A stretch of DNA of 64,000 bases from Planctomycetota bacterium (lineage in GTDB: Bacteria > Planctomycetota > PLA2 > JAEUHO01): NCBI GenBank assembly GCA_965222115.1, contig CBDCTJ010000007.1:512001-576000 (forward strand). The letters run 5' to 3'. A program made the position numbers and the translations under genes. Below the pieces are notes generated by a model. That model searched no databases. It saw only the letters and a program-made list of their open reading frames with translations, and was not told the origin of the DNA. This document shows, piece after piece, positions 37,082-45,960 of this stretch. Position 1 is the first letter of the stretch; every line of letters starts with the position of its first letter.

Positions 37082-38005
37082 TTGAAAATCGCGATCATTG
37101 GCGCAGGCGTACTCGGTACATCCCTTGGGGTGCTACTGCGCCGGGACGGCCACACGATTTCTGCGATCTGCAGCCGCAATCGTCGCTCGGCCCAACATGC
37201 CGCCGTACAGATAGGCGATGGCGATGTTGTGGGTGATCCCGGCATGGCTGCACTGGGTGCCGACCTTGTTCTGTTGTGCGTTCCGGACCGAGTGATTGCC
37301 TCGGTCGCGATTCAAGTATCTGCGGGCGGTGCGCTCAAGCGCGATGCGGTCGTGGCACACTTGGCCGGCGGCGTAACGGCGGGCATCTTGAGCGGCGTGC
37401 AAGCGGCGGGCGGTCATCGCGGTTCGCTGCATCCGCTACAGAGCTTTGCGAATGTGGAGACCGCAGTGCGCGCACTACCGCAAACGCACTTTTTCGTGGA
37501 AGGCGATCCCGCGGCGGTCGCGCTCTTGGAGCGTGTGGGGCGTTCGATTAGCAATCGCGCCACAAGGATCAACAGCAAAGACAAAGCGCTGTATCACGCG
37601 GGTGCGGCCGTGGCCTCCAACTTCCTGGTTGCGATTGTAGACTATGCCGTTGAGCTATTTTCGTGGGCTGGCATTTCACGCGACGATGCGCTCAAGGCAC
37701 TGCTCCCGTTGATTCAAGGAACCGTTGACAATCTCAAATCGGTGGGCCTACCGGACGCGTTGACCGGGCCCATTGCGCGGGGCGACATTGGCACCGTACG
37801 GCGGCATGTCCGTGCCCTGGAAGCCTTGCCGGGCAACGCTATTCGGCTGTATCGAAATCTCGCGCGCAAGACGGTTGAGGTAGCGCTGCAAAAGGGCACG
37901 CTCCACCGCGACGAGGCACAGAAACTCCTTATCCTCTTTGACAAGCCCACCTTTCCCATGGGCGATTCCCTTACGCCCGATTCAGAACCCCCGACGTCCA
38001 CGTAG
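37082..38005 (+). CDS. Rossmann-like + DUF2520 oxidoreductase (PanG-like)
   Basis: IIGAGVLG, HPLQSF, KALYHAGAAVASNF, ALTGPIARGD. Confidence 0.88.
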   Translation: MKIAIIGAGVLGTSLGVLLRRDGHTISAICSRNRRSAQHAAVQIGDGDVVGDPGMAALGADLVLLCVPDRVIASVAIQVSAGGALKRDAVVAHLAGGVTAGILSGVQAAGGHRGSLHPLQSFANVETAVRALPQTHFFVEGDPAAVALLERVGRSISNRATRINSKDKALYHAGAAVASNFLVAIVDYAVELFSWAGISRDDALKALLPLIQGTVDNLKSVGLPDALTGPIARGDIGTVRRHVRALEALPGNAIRLYRNLARKTVEVALQKGTLHRDEAQKLLILFDKPTFPMGDSLTPDSEPPTST

Positions 38006-38023
38006 AGGCACACAGAGCCACGC

Positions 38024-38560
38024 ATGCACCGCGAACAACAACAGTTTTGGGTCGAACTTCTCAATGTGCAACGCACGTGGTCTCGTGATGCCACGTCGAT
38101 ATCGTTCATTCCGCCTGCACAGCGCGAGTTCATTTCCAAGGCCCACTGGCCCGAACCCAAGGCCCGCGCTTACCTGCTAAACAACGTCGAGTTCATTCGA
38201 GAGTGCTACGAACAGCTAGAGGCGGGCGAGCCCATCGACTTTGAAACGCTCAATTATGGTCTGGCCGAGCTGCGTTTGCGGCTGCACCCGTGGGAAGACA
38301 AGACGGCGCTGCGAAACGCCGTCAACGCCAAGGCGGCCATGGGCGGACGGCTGGAAATCCTTCGCGTAGGCACCGATCTCTCGGCCTGCAATGCAGGCAC
38401 GCGCTACATCCGCGCCACGATTCAACGCATGTTCTATTATTTTGCGCAGTACGTCGATGCGCGCTTATCCGATCCGCGCTACCCCCAGGCCTCGCCTGGC
38501 ACGTTGCGCGTGCAACCCAAGCCCGATGGCAGCGGCACGTTGGAAATCGTCACCGCATAG
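38024..38560 (+). CDS. Hypothetical protein
   Basis: 178 aa, protein-like composition, fills gap in a co-directional run. Confidence 0.7.
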   Translation: MHREQQQFWVELLNVQRTWSRDATSISFIPPAQREFISKAHWPEPKARAYLLNNVEFIRECYEQLEAGEPIDFETLNYGLAELRLRLHPWEDKTALRNAVNAKAAMGGRLEILRVGTDLSACNAGTRYIRATIQRMFYYFAQYVDARLSDPRYPQASPGTLRVQPKPDGSGTLEIVTA

Positions 38561-38669
38561 CGCAGGGCGTCGCGCCACTTATGGCGCCATCAACTCTCTC
38601 AGGCGGGGTTTGCGGCGTGCAGGGGGCGAGTAGAGTTCATGATTCGCTCGTCTCGACCCAGGAGCTTTC

Positions 38670-40106
38670 ATGGCCGACCACGATGAATACCGCAGCCCCC
38701 TCGTGGGTCGCTACGCCGGACCATCCATGCGCGCGCGCTTCTCCGCACGCACGCGCATTTCCACATGGCGCGACCTATGGATTTGGCTCGCCGAAGCGGA
38801 ACAGGCGTTGGGTTTAGACATCTCCGACGCGCAAATCGCCGCCATGAAAGCGGGCCGAGACAACATCAACTTTGAAAAGGCCGCGGAATACGAGGCGCGG
38901 TTTCGTCACGATGTAATGGCGCATGTATACGCATTTGGCGACGCCGCCGAGGATGCGCGCGGCGTGATTCACTTGGGGGCCACGTCGTGTTACGTGACCG
39001 ACAACGCCGACATTGTTCTGCAACGCAGCGCCCTGCGTGAACTGCGCGCTACATTGGCTTCAGCCATTCACGCCTTGAGCGCCTTCGCAAAGAAGCACGC
39101 AAGCACGCCGTGCTTGGCCTACACCCACTTTCAACCGGCCCAACCCACGACGATGGGCAAACGGGCGTGTTTGTGGATTCAGGACTTTGTATCTGACTTG
39201 CAGGCGTTCGAGGCCCTTGACGCGCAGTTCCCCTTCCTGGGTTCGAAGGGCACCACCGGCACACAGGCATCGTTCCTCACGCTCTTTGAAGGCGATCACG
39301 ACAAGTGTTTGGCGCTCGATAAGAAGATTGCGGAACTGGCGGGCTTTGAGGCGCCCGTCGATGTGTCGGGACAGACCTATCCCCGTAAGTGGGACTTCAC
39401 ACTCGTCTCAGCACTTGCGGGCGTAGCGGTGAGCGCAGCACGCTTTTCCAACGACGTGCGGCTGCTCTCTGGACATCGGGAGCTGGCCGAACCCTTTGCC
39501 AGCGAGCAGATCGGCTCCAGCGCCATGGCCTACAAACAGAACCCCATGCGCTCGGAACGCATTGCTTCGCTCGCACGGCACGTCACGTCGCTGGCAAACG
39601 ACGCCTCGGGCACCGCCGCGGCGCAGTGGCTGGAGCGCACGCTCGACGACTCGGCCGTACGCCGCATCTTCATTCCCGAAGCGTTCTTGGGGTGCGACGC
39701 GATCTTGCGCTTGGTCATCAACATCGCCGGTGGGCTCCATGTGAACGAGGCCGTCACCGCGGCACGACTTGCGCATGAGTTGCCGTTCATGGCAACCGAG
39801 GAAGTCCTCATGCGCGCCGTCAAAGCCGGGGGCGATCGGCAGGTGCTGCACGAAGCCATTCGTAAACACAGCTTGGCGGCCAAAGAACGCGTGCTAGCAG
39901 GCGCCCGCGAAAACGACTTGGTGGCGCGCATGAAACGTGACGACGCATTCGCCAACGTGAAGGATCAACTCGATGACCTGCTCGACCCGCGGCGGCATGT
40001 GGGCCGCGCGCCGGAGCAAACCGAGACGTATCTTCGTGATGTCGTCGAACCATTGCTTACGAACTACAAAGACGTGCTTGAAACTCAGGTCACGCTCCGA
40101 GTGTGA
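38670..40106 (+). CDS. purB: Adenylosuccinate lyase
   Basis: RHDVMAH, IHLGATS, THFQPAQPTT, GSSAMAYKQNPMRSE, ERTLDDS; AGGAG RBS. Confidence 0.96.
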   Translation: MADHDEYRSPLVGRYAGPSMRARFSARTRISTWRDLWIWLAEAEQALGLDISDAQIAAMKAGRDNINFEKAAEYEARFRHDVMAHVYAFGDAAEDARGVIHLGATSCYVTDNADIVLQRSALRELRATLASAIHALSAFAKKHASTPCLAYTHFQPAQPTTMGKRACLWIQDFVSDLQAFEALDAQFPFLGSKGTTGTQASFLTLFEGDHDKCLALDKKIAELAGFEAPVDVSGQTYPRKWDFTLVSALAGVAVSAARFSNDVRLLSGHRELAEPFASEQIGSSAMAYKQNPMRSERIASLARHVTSLANDASGTAAAQWLERTLDDSAVRRIFIPEAFLGCDAILRLVINIAGGLHVNEAVTAARLAHELPFMATEEVLMRAVKAGGDRQVLHEAIRKHSLAAKERVLAGARENDLVARMKRDDAFANVKDQLDDLLDPRRHVGRAPEQTETYLRDVVEPLLTNYKDVLETQVTLRV

Positions 40107-40127
40107 TTTGTTCACCACTTGAGACAC

Positions 40128-40293
40128 GAGTCATCGACGCGTGGCGCAAGTTGTCGGGGCCGCGCGCCCCCTGTTGAACGAAGTGAACGTCATTTTCGGG
40201 ATGACGCAACGGATGGTGGCATGAGCGCCCAAAAATAGGGCTCAGGTTGCTTGACCCGACGCCCCGATAGGTGCTGCGTGAGATCGATGGCTC
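40128..40293 (+). ncRNA. Candidate structured RNA (6S-like rod or riboswitch-like leader), unassigned
   Basis: Nested long-range helices with several G-U pairs, all valid only on the + strand (see findings). Confidence 0.5.
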
Positions 40294-40338
40294 AGGCATG
40301 GGCCGCATTGGATGGGTGGCCTACGTCGGCTACCACAA

Positions 40339-41958
40339 ATGAACAATCCCTGTGTTTCGCATGCGCACCCCACGCGTGCCGCGCGCGTTTTCCTTACGCT
40401 CGTACTCTCCCTAGCCCTTACGGCCTGCGGCGCAGGCGGCGGCGCCTCTGGCGACAGCGCCACATCCGGCAACGGCGTTCCTCCCGGAAACTCGCCCAAC
40501 ACGCCGTTTGCCATTGAAGGCCAGGCCATGCCCATGGGCTATGTAGGCACGCCCTACGAAGCTGCCCAGATCACAACCGTGGGCGCTGAGAACGCCGTCG
40601 ACTTCGTCATTGACGACGGCTCCCTTCCCCCGGGCTTGGAGCTTGCGCTCGACGGTCGCATCCTCGGCGCGCCTTCGGCCACCGGCATCTATTCGTTTGT
40701 TGTCGAAGCCACCGATCACGAGAACACCGATTCCGCGACGTTTACGATCAGCGTAGAGACGTTCGGCGTGGCCATCGTTGACGGCCTTCAGTTTGACGAA
40801 GCATGGAGCGGCTGTCCCATTACGGTTCACGCGTTGGGTACGCCCTCGGCGACGTTCACTGCGACCACCAATGCAAGCGGTGGACAGTTTCAGATTCAAA
40901 ACGACGGCGTTACCGCGAAATGGATCCCCGGTGACGTGTCGAGCTTTGGCGCAGAAGACGTATTGACGGTACGCAGCGCAGGCGGCGAGACCGAGCAGCT
41001 CACCCTTCATGTGATGCCCGACCCCATGACGCATCACGAGCCCGACTTTGGCAGTGCCGACGTTTGGCACGTTGACTTTGAGGGTCGCAACGGATCCCAC
41101 GCCTACGCCACCGATCTCCATGCCGCGCTCGCTTCGGTGGGCCTGCGCAACCCGAGCAGCCTTTCACGTGCGGGCACCAAGGCCGATCAGTTGGCCGCCC
41201 TGTATGTCAAGTTGCGCTTTCTTGGGCATCTGAACACCATGTACCTGCGCGAAGACAATGGCAGCGCAGGCAACGACGGCCTGCCCATTTCGTTCGTGGT
41301 CAACGGCCCGGGTGCTGGCTACTTCAAGCCCGGTCCCGGAGGGTGGCTCCCCGGCCAGAGTGATCGCTACAGCGCCATCAGCGTGATCGACATTGCCACG
41401 CACGGCACGGTGGGTGCGGCCTTGGTCGATGAAGTTGGTAACAACCTGCACATGAACAACGCGCCGGGCTCGTCCATTGGCACCCTAGGTGTCTTTATCA
41501 ACCGCATCATGCCCTACGTTCGTGGCACGTACCGTACCGAAGAACGCAGTACCGCCGACGCACCGGTTGATGCCGACGATGAATCCCGCTTGCTCGCATT
41601 GATTCACGGTGCACACCCCTCAACCCTTGGGGGTCGCGCCGAAGACATCGCCTATGTGGCCAACGCCATCGGCCGCAGCGTGGCTGCCGTTTGCGCCCAC
41701 GAAATCGGCCACAGCCTGGGACTCACACACACCGAGACCACCACACCGGGCTCCATCATGAACTACGCCGCCACGATTCACCCGGCGGCGCAATACTTCT
41801 TTCTCCCCGAAGATCTCGTCAAGCTCGAAACGAGCCTACCGGGTGTCGGTCGCGTGAGCGGCGGGTCTTCGAAGATGAGTGCACCTTTGGGGTACGCTGC
41901 GCAGACGCTACCGGGTAATGGCGTCCGTGTGTGCGGAGGACGTTGCAAGGGCCACTAG
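40339..41958 (+). CDS. Lipoprotein with putative Ig domain and matrixin-like zinc metalloprotease domain
   Basis: LALTAC lipobox; GSLPPGLEL..DGRILGAP (He_PIG-like); HEIGHSLGLTH plus SIMN Met-turn. Confidence 0.87.
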   Translation: MNNPCVSHAHPTRAARVFLTLVLSLALTACGAGGGASGDSATSGNGVPPGNSPNTPFAIEGQAMPMGYVGTPYEAAQITTVGAENAVDFVIDDGSLPPGLELALDGRILGAPSATGIYSFVVEATDHENTDSATFTISVETFGVAIVDGLQFDEAWSGCPITVHALGTPSATFTATTNASGGQFQIQNDGVTAKWIPGDVSSFGAEDVLTVRSAGGETEQLTLHVMPDPMTHHEPDFGSADVWHVDFEGRNGSHAYATDLHAALASVGLRNPSSLSRAGTKADQLAALYVKLRFLGHLNTMYLREDNGSAGNDGLPISFVVNGPGAGYFKPGPGGWLPGQSDRYSAISVIDIATHGTVGAALVDEVGNNLHMNNAPGSSIGTLGVFINRIMPYVRGTYRTEERSTADAPVDADDESRLLALIHGAHPSTLGGRAEDIAYVANAIGRSVAAVCAHEIGHSLGLTHTETTTPGSIMNYAATIHPAAQYFFLPEDLVKLETSLPGVGRVSGGSSKMSAPLGYAAQTLPGNGVRVCGGRCKGH

Positions 41959-42002
41959 CCGACGTGCTCTGTGACAACCTTCGCCACCGCTAAGCGAACC
42001 CT

Positions 42003-42040
42003 GGGAGGACACCTGGTGAGGTGTCCTCTCTTTTTTTCTT
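42003..42040 (+). terminator. Intrinsic terminator
   Basis: GGGAGGACACCT-GGTG-AGGTGTCCTCTC followed by a T-run. Confidence 0.85.
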
Positions 42041-42179
42041 CCGACGTTGAGCCCGCAATGCTGGCACGCCACGCCACGAAATGCAGCACGTTACCCGGCT
42101 GAGGTTCGATGGGACCGGTAGTAGAGTGTCGCGACGCACGGGCCCGCCAGAGGGGAGGTCGTGCGACGCGAGGGAACGC

Positions 42180-44870
42180 ATGACCACCTACACCACCATC
42201 AACGCCGACATGGATCCAGAGGAGACCGCCGAGTGGATGGAGTCCCTCGATGCGGTGATCGAACATGGCGGCACCGCGCGTGCTCGATACCTGCTTTCGC
42301 GCTTGCTCTCCCGCGCTCGCCATGGCGGCTTCCTACCCGACCAACTCCTGAGCACCGACTACGTCAATACGATTCGGCCCCATGAAGAGCCTGTGTATCC
42401 AGGCGACGAAGTGATGGAAGATCGCATTAGCGACATCATTCGTTGGAACGCGGCGGTCATGGTTAGCCGCGCGAATACGGCCCATCCCGGTCTTGGCGGC
42501 CACATCTCCACCTTCGCGTCATCGGCCGATCTCTATGCGGTAGGGCTCCACCACTTCTTTCGCGGCAAGGACGGCGAAGGCGCCGGGGATCAGATCTACA
42601 TCCAAGGCCACGCCTCGCCCGGCATCTACGCCCACAGTTTTCTAGAGGGACGCATCCAGCGCGAACAAATGGAGCGCTTTCGCCGCGAAGTGAAACGCGG
42701 CAAGGGGCTTTCGAGTTATCCGCACCCGCGCCTCATGCCCGCGTACTGGGAGTTCCCCACGGTATCCATGGGCCTTGGCCCCATTGCCTCCATCTATCAG
42801 GCGCGTTTCAACCGCTACCTTCAGGCGCGCGGTATCGCCGACACCAGCGCCTCACGGGTGTGGTGTTTCGTGGGCGATGGGGAAAGTGACGAACCCGAAT
42901 CCCTTGGCGCGCTCTCTGTGGCGGCGCGCGAGGGACTCGACAATTTGATTTGGGTCGTGAACTGCAACTTGCAACGCCTCGACGGCCCGGTGCGCGGCAA
43001 CGGCAAGATCGTGTCGGAACTCGAAACGGTGTTTCGCGGTGCGGGGTGGAACGTCATCAAGGTGCTCTGGGGCCGTGAATGGGACGACCTCTTTGCCCGC
43101 GACACGCACGGTCTTTTGCGACGCGCGTTGACGGAAACGGTGGACGGCGCCATGCAGCGCTTTCGTGCCGAAGACGGGGGCTACATCCGTAAACACCTCT
43201 TTGGTCGCCGACCGGAACTCCTGGAAATGGTCAGCCACTTGACCGATGACGACATCTGGAAAATGCGTCGCGGAGGTCATGATGTGCGCAAGGTGTATGC
43301 GGCGTACCGCGCTGCGGCGGAACACAACGGCAGGCCCACGGTGGTGTTGGCGCAAACGGTCAAGGGCTTTGCGCTCGGCGAGGGCTTTGAGGCCAAGAAC
43401 GTTACGCACCAAATGAAGAAGCTCTCACAAGAACAACTGCGCGAGTTTCGCGATCGATTGGAGATCCCCGTTTCCGACAGCGCGGTGGCACGAAACGACT
43501 ACTACCACCCCGGCCTTGACAGCCCGGAAGTCAAGTATGTACAGGAACGCCGTCGAGCCCTAGGCGGTCCCATCCCCAAGCGCGTGAGTCAACCCACGAC
43601 GCGCGTTGCAGCGCCAGACCGGTCGATCTACGAAGAGTTCTTCAAGGGCACCAAGAATCCGGGCGGCGTCTCGACCACCATGGCATTTGTTCGCCTGCTC
43701 ACGCGGCTCCTCAAAGACAACGACATGGGTCAGCGCGTGGTGCCGATCATTCCCGACGAAGCACGCACATTCGGCATGGAACCGCTGTTTCGCCAAGTGG
43801 GCATCTACGCGGCGCAAGGGCAGCTCTACGAGCCCGTGGATCGCGATCAACTGCTCTACTACCGCGAATCCAAAGACGGCCAGGTTCTGGAAGAGGGTAT
43901 TACCGAAGCGGGCTCGATGGCGAGCTTCTCCGCCGCAGGAACAAGCTACGCCAGTCACGGCGAGCCGATGATTCCCTTCTACATCTTCTATTCCATGTTC
44001 GGCTTTCAACGCATTGGCGACTTGGCCTGGATGGCGTGTGACATGCGCGCACGCGGCTTCTTGATGGGCGCCACGGCGGGCCGCACCACGCTAAACGGCG
44101 AAGGCCTACAACATGAAGACGGCCACAGCCACCTCCTGGCCATGACTTACCCAAGCATTCGTGCCTACGATCCTGCCTTTGCGTATGAAGTCGCGATCAT
44201 TGTTCGGGATGGCATGGCGCGCATGCTCGAGCACGACGAAGATGTGATTTTCTATATCACGCTTCAGAATGAAAACTACCCTCAACCCGCCATGCCCGAC
44301 GGCGTTGAAGACGGCGTCATCCGAGGTCTTTATCGTTATGACGACGGCTCACGCCCCGCGTCGTCCACCAAGAAGGCCGGCGTCCAACTCTTTGGCAGCG
44401 CGTGCATCTTGATGCAAGCCCTGCGCGCGCAGGAAATCTTGGCCGAGAAGTTTGATGTCATCGCCGACGTTTGGAGCGCCACGAGTTATCAACAACTTCG
44501 CCGCGGCGCGTTGGAGGCCGACCGCTGGAATCGTCGCAATCCTGAGAAGAAACAACGCACGTCATACGTGCAAGATGTACTTGCTAACATTGATACGCCT
44601 ATCGTTGCGGCGAGCGATTACATGAAAGCCGTGCCCGACTTGATTGCGCCATGGGTACCTACGCGCTACGTAACGCTGGGCACCGATGGTTTCGGGATGA
44701 GTGACACACGCGAAGCGTTGCGCCGTCACTTTGCCGTGGATGCGGAAGCCATCGCCTATGCCGCATTGTATGCGCTCTATCTTGAGGGAAGCGTCAAGAA
44801 GGACGTGGTTACCAAGGCGCGCGAAACCCTTAACATTGACCCAGACGCGCTCTATCCGCTCGACATCTAG
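42180..44870 (+). CDS. aceE: Pyruvate dehydrogenase E1, homodimeric type
   Basis: DPEETAEW, QGHASPG, YPHP, TVSMGLG, GDGE...NCNLQRLDGPV, GRTTLNGEGLQH, LGTDGFG. Confidence 0.97.
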   Translation: MTTYTTINADMDPEETAEWMESLDAVIEHGGTARARYLLSRLLSRARHGGFLPDQLLSTDYVNTIRPHEEPVYPGDEVMEDRISDIIRWNAAVMVSRANTAHPGLGGHISTFASSADLYAVGLHHFFRGKDGEGAGDQIYIQGHASPGIYAHSFLEGRIQREQMERFRREVKRGKGLSSYPHPRLMPAYWEFPTVSMGLGPIASIYQARFNRYLQARGIADTSASRVWCFVGDGESDEPESLGALSVAAREGLDNLIWVVNCNLQRLDGPVRGNGKIVSELETVFRGAGWNVIKVLWGREWDDLFARDTHGLLRRALTETVDGAMQRFRAEDGGYIRKHLFGRRPELLEMVSHLTDDDIWKMRRGGHDVRKVYAAYRAAAEHNGRPTVVLAQTVKGFALGEGFEAKNVTHQMKKLSQEQLREFRDRLEIPVSDSAVARNDYYHPGLDSPEVKYVQERRRALGGPIPKRVSQPTTRVAAPDRSIYEEFFKGTKNPGGVSTTMAFVRLLTRLLKDNDMGQRVVPIIPDEARTFGMEPLFRQVGIYAAQGQLYEPVDRDQLLYYRESKDGQVLEEGITEAGSMASFSAAGTSYASHGEPMIPFYIFYSMFGFQRIGDLAWMACDMRARGFLMGATAGRTTLNGEGLQHEDGHSHLLAMTYPSIRAYDPAFAYEVAIIVRDGMARMLEHDEDVIFYITLQNENYPQPAMPDGVEDGVIRGLYRYDDGSRPASSTKKAGVQLFGSACILMQALRAQEILAEKFDVIADVWSATSYQQLRRGALEADRWNRRNPEKKQRTSYVQDVLANIDTPIVAASDYMKAVPDLIAPWVPTRYVTLGTDGFGMSDTREALRRHFAVDAEAIAYAALYALYLEGSVKKDVVTKARETLNIDPDALYPLDI

Positions 44871-45046
44871 CAACGAATGAACAGTGAACAGGACCAATGT
44901 CACTCGCGCCGTGACAATGGCTGTTCGACCGCCGCCAATTACTGAAACACATGTCGAAACAGCGAAACGACGACAAAGCGTCCGAAACACTGCTGCCGGA
45001 CAGTTCGCGGGTCCCACAGAACGACACGCTTGAATGCACTCCCCCC

Positions 45047-45088
45047 AAAAAGAAACCAACGAGGGCCGTCGAAGACGACCCCCGTTGG
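45047..45088 (-). terminator. Intrinsic terminator of a minus-strand transcript
   Basis: Minus strand CCAACGGGGGUCGUC-UUC-GACGGCCCUCGUUGG-UUUCUUUUU; 15-bp stem whose G-U pairs work only on minus. Confidence 0.85.
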
Positions 45089-45180
45089 AAAAGGGGAGCT
45101 CTATGGGAGGGAGGAAGGAGGGAAGGGCAGGGAACGAGCTCAACCACTTTTTTCTGGCCGTTTGCCACCGGCCAGTCACC
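45047..45180 (-). ncRNA. Candidate small RNA with CU-rich anti-SD-like loop
   Basis: Three stem-loops, own terminator, ECF-like promoter; the upstream gene has its own separate terminator. Confidence 0.55.
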
Positions 45181-45186
45181 AGTATG

Positions 45187-45213
45187 GACGAAGATCCGGG
45201 GTTCTGTGTTTCG
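45187..45213 (-). promoter_or_regulatory. ECF-sigma-like promoter CGAAAC-N17-CGTC
   Basis: Minus strand cgaaac acagaaccccggatctt cgtc catact g; resembles the AAC...CGT ECF consensus. Confidence 0.35.
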
Positions 45214-45248
45214 CAGGGTCCAAAAATATGTGAATTATTCCGCCGCAC

Positions 45249-45285
45249 AAAAAGCCACACGGCCGCTTCTGATGAAGCGGCCGTG
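45249..45285 (-). terminator. Intrinsic terminator after the 45316-45732 gene
   Basis: Perfect 12-bp stem CACGGCCGCTTC/GAAGCGGCCGTG, followed on minus by TGGCTTTTT. Confidence 0.7.
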
Positions 45286-45315
45286 AAGGATTTGGGATTT
45301 GCAGGGCTTTTACGT

Positions 45316-45732
45316 TTAGCGAATCCGCCAACTCCCGCCAACGCCAATCGAAACATGGCCGCGGGGACGAAAGGCCCGACGACGAATGATGCGAGGAGCG
45401 GGCACCCACACCCGACGCTCTACGTAGTCGTAGTGGCCGGGACTATAGACCGCATGGCCATGGGAGTCGAAACCGACCAGTTCCGGCGCGTGGTAGACGC
45501 GTTCGCGGACGGTCTTCCAATAGCCGCGGCGGATGGGACGGACGATTCGACGGCCGCGGATGTGATGGGCGCGGATGGGAGCGTGTAGGCCCACATCAAA
45601 GCCCAGGTGAACGCCACCGAAATGCACAGCCTGCGGTCCCGCACGTAGTGGCGCGGCACTCGCGTCCTGCGTACCGGCGGCGGCAAAGAGGGTGATTGCA
45701 GCGACGGGGATAAGCAACGTGCGAATGTTCAT
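45316..45732 (-). CDS. Small secreted Arg/His-rich protein with YXWGXW-like repeats
   Basis: Signal peptide ending ASA; GYWKTVRERVY and GHYDYVERRVWVP; GAG RBS; own terminator. Confidence 0.8.
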   Translation of the reverse strand: MNIRTLLIPVAAITLFAAAGTQDASAAPLRAGPQAVHFGGVHLGFDVGLHAPIRAHHIRGRRIVRPIRRGYWKTVRERVYHAPELVGFDSHGHAVYSPGHYDYVERRVWVPAPRIIRRRAFRPRGHVSIGVGGSWRIR

Positions 45733-45960
45733 GGGTACTCCGTTTCAGCCCCCCGGAAGGGGCACTGTTACGTGGTGCCCTAGATCACATCGCGTGCCAA
45801 AAGTCCACCGATCTGCCTGCTGACGTCATAACCCTTTTTTTAATAGCATCTTATGACGGCTATCCCAGGAGCCCGCCGCACGCGGCTTCCCTCTGCGTGT
45901 CCCCAGCGGAGACCCCCGCGGTGGACAGTTGAGGTCAGCGAGGGCTCTCGGCGACCTACC

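Noticed and set aside
40225-40240. M-box riboswitch similarity (GCCCAAAAAT)
   Set aside because: Other conserved M-box segments are missing and the downstream gene is not a Mg transporter.
44940-44992. Four GAAAC motifs reminiscent of CRISPR repeat ends
   Set aside because: No repeat-spacer periodicity and no cas genes.
44951-45588. ORFs across the aceE downstream region (44951+, 45030+, 45034+, 44830-, 44562-)
   Set aside because: Low-complexity translations crossing terminators or overlapping real genes; non-coding interpretation preferred.
45780-45800. Sigma54 promoter TGGCACG-CGAT-GTGA on minus
   Set aside because: The -12 GC is GA; too weak to list as a feature.
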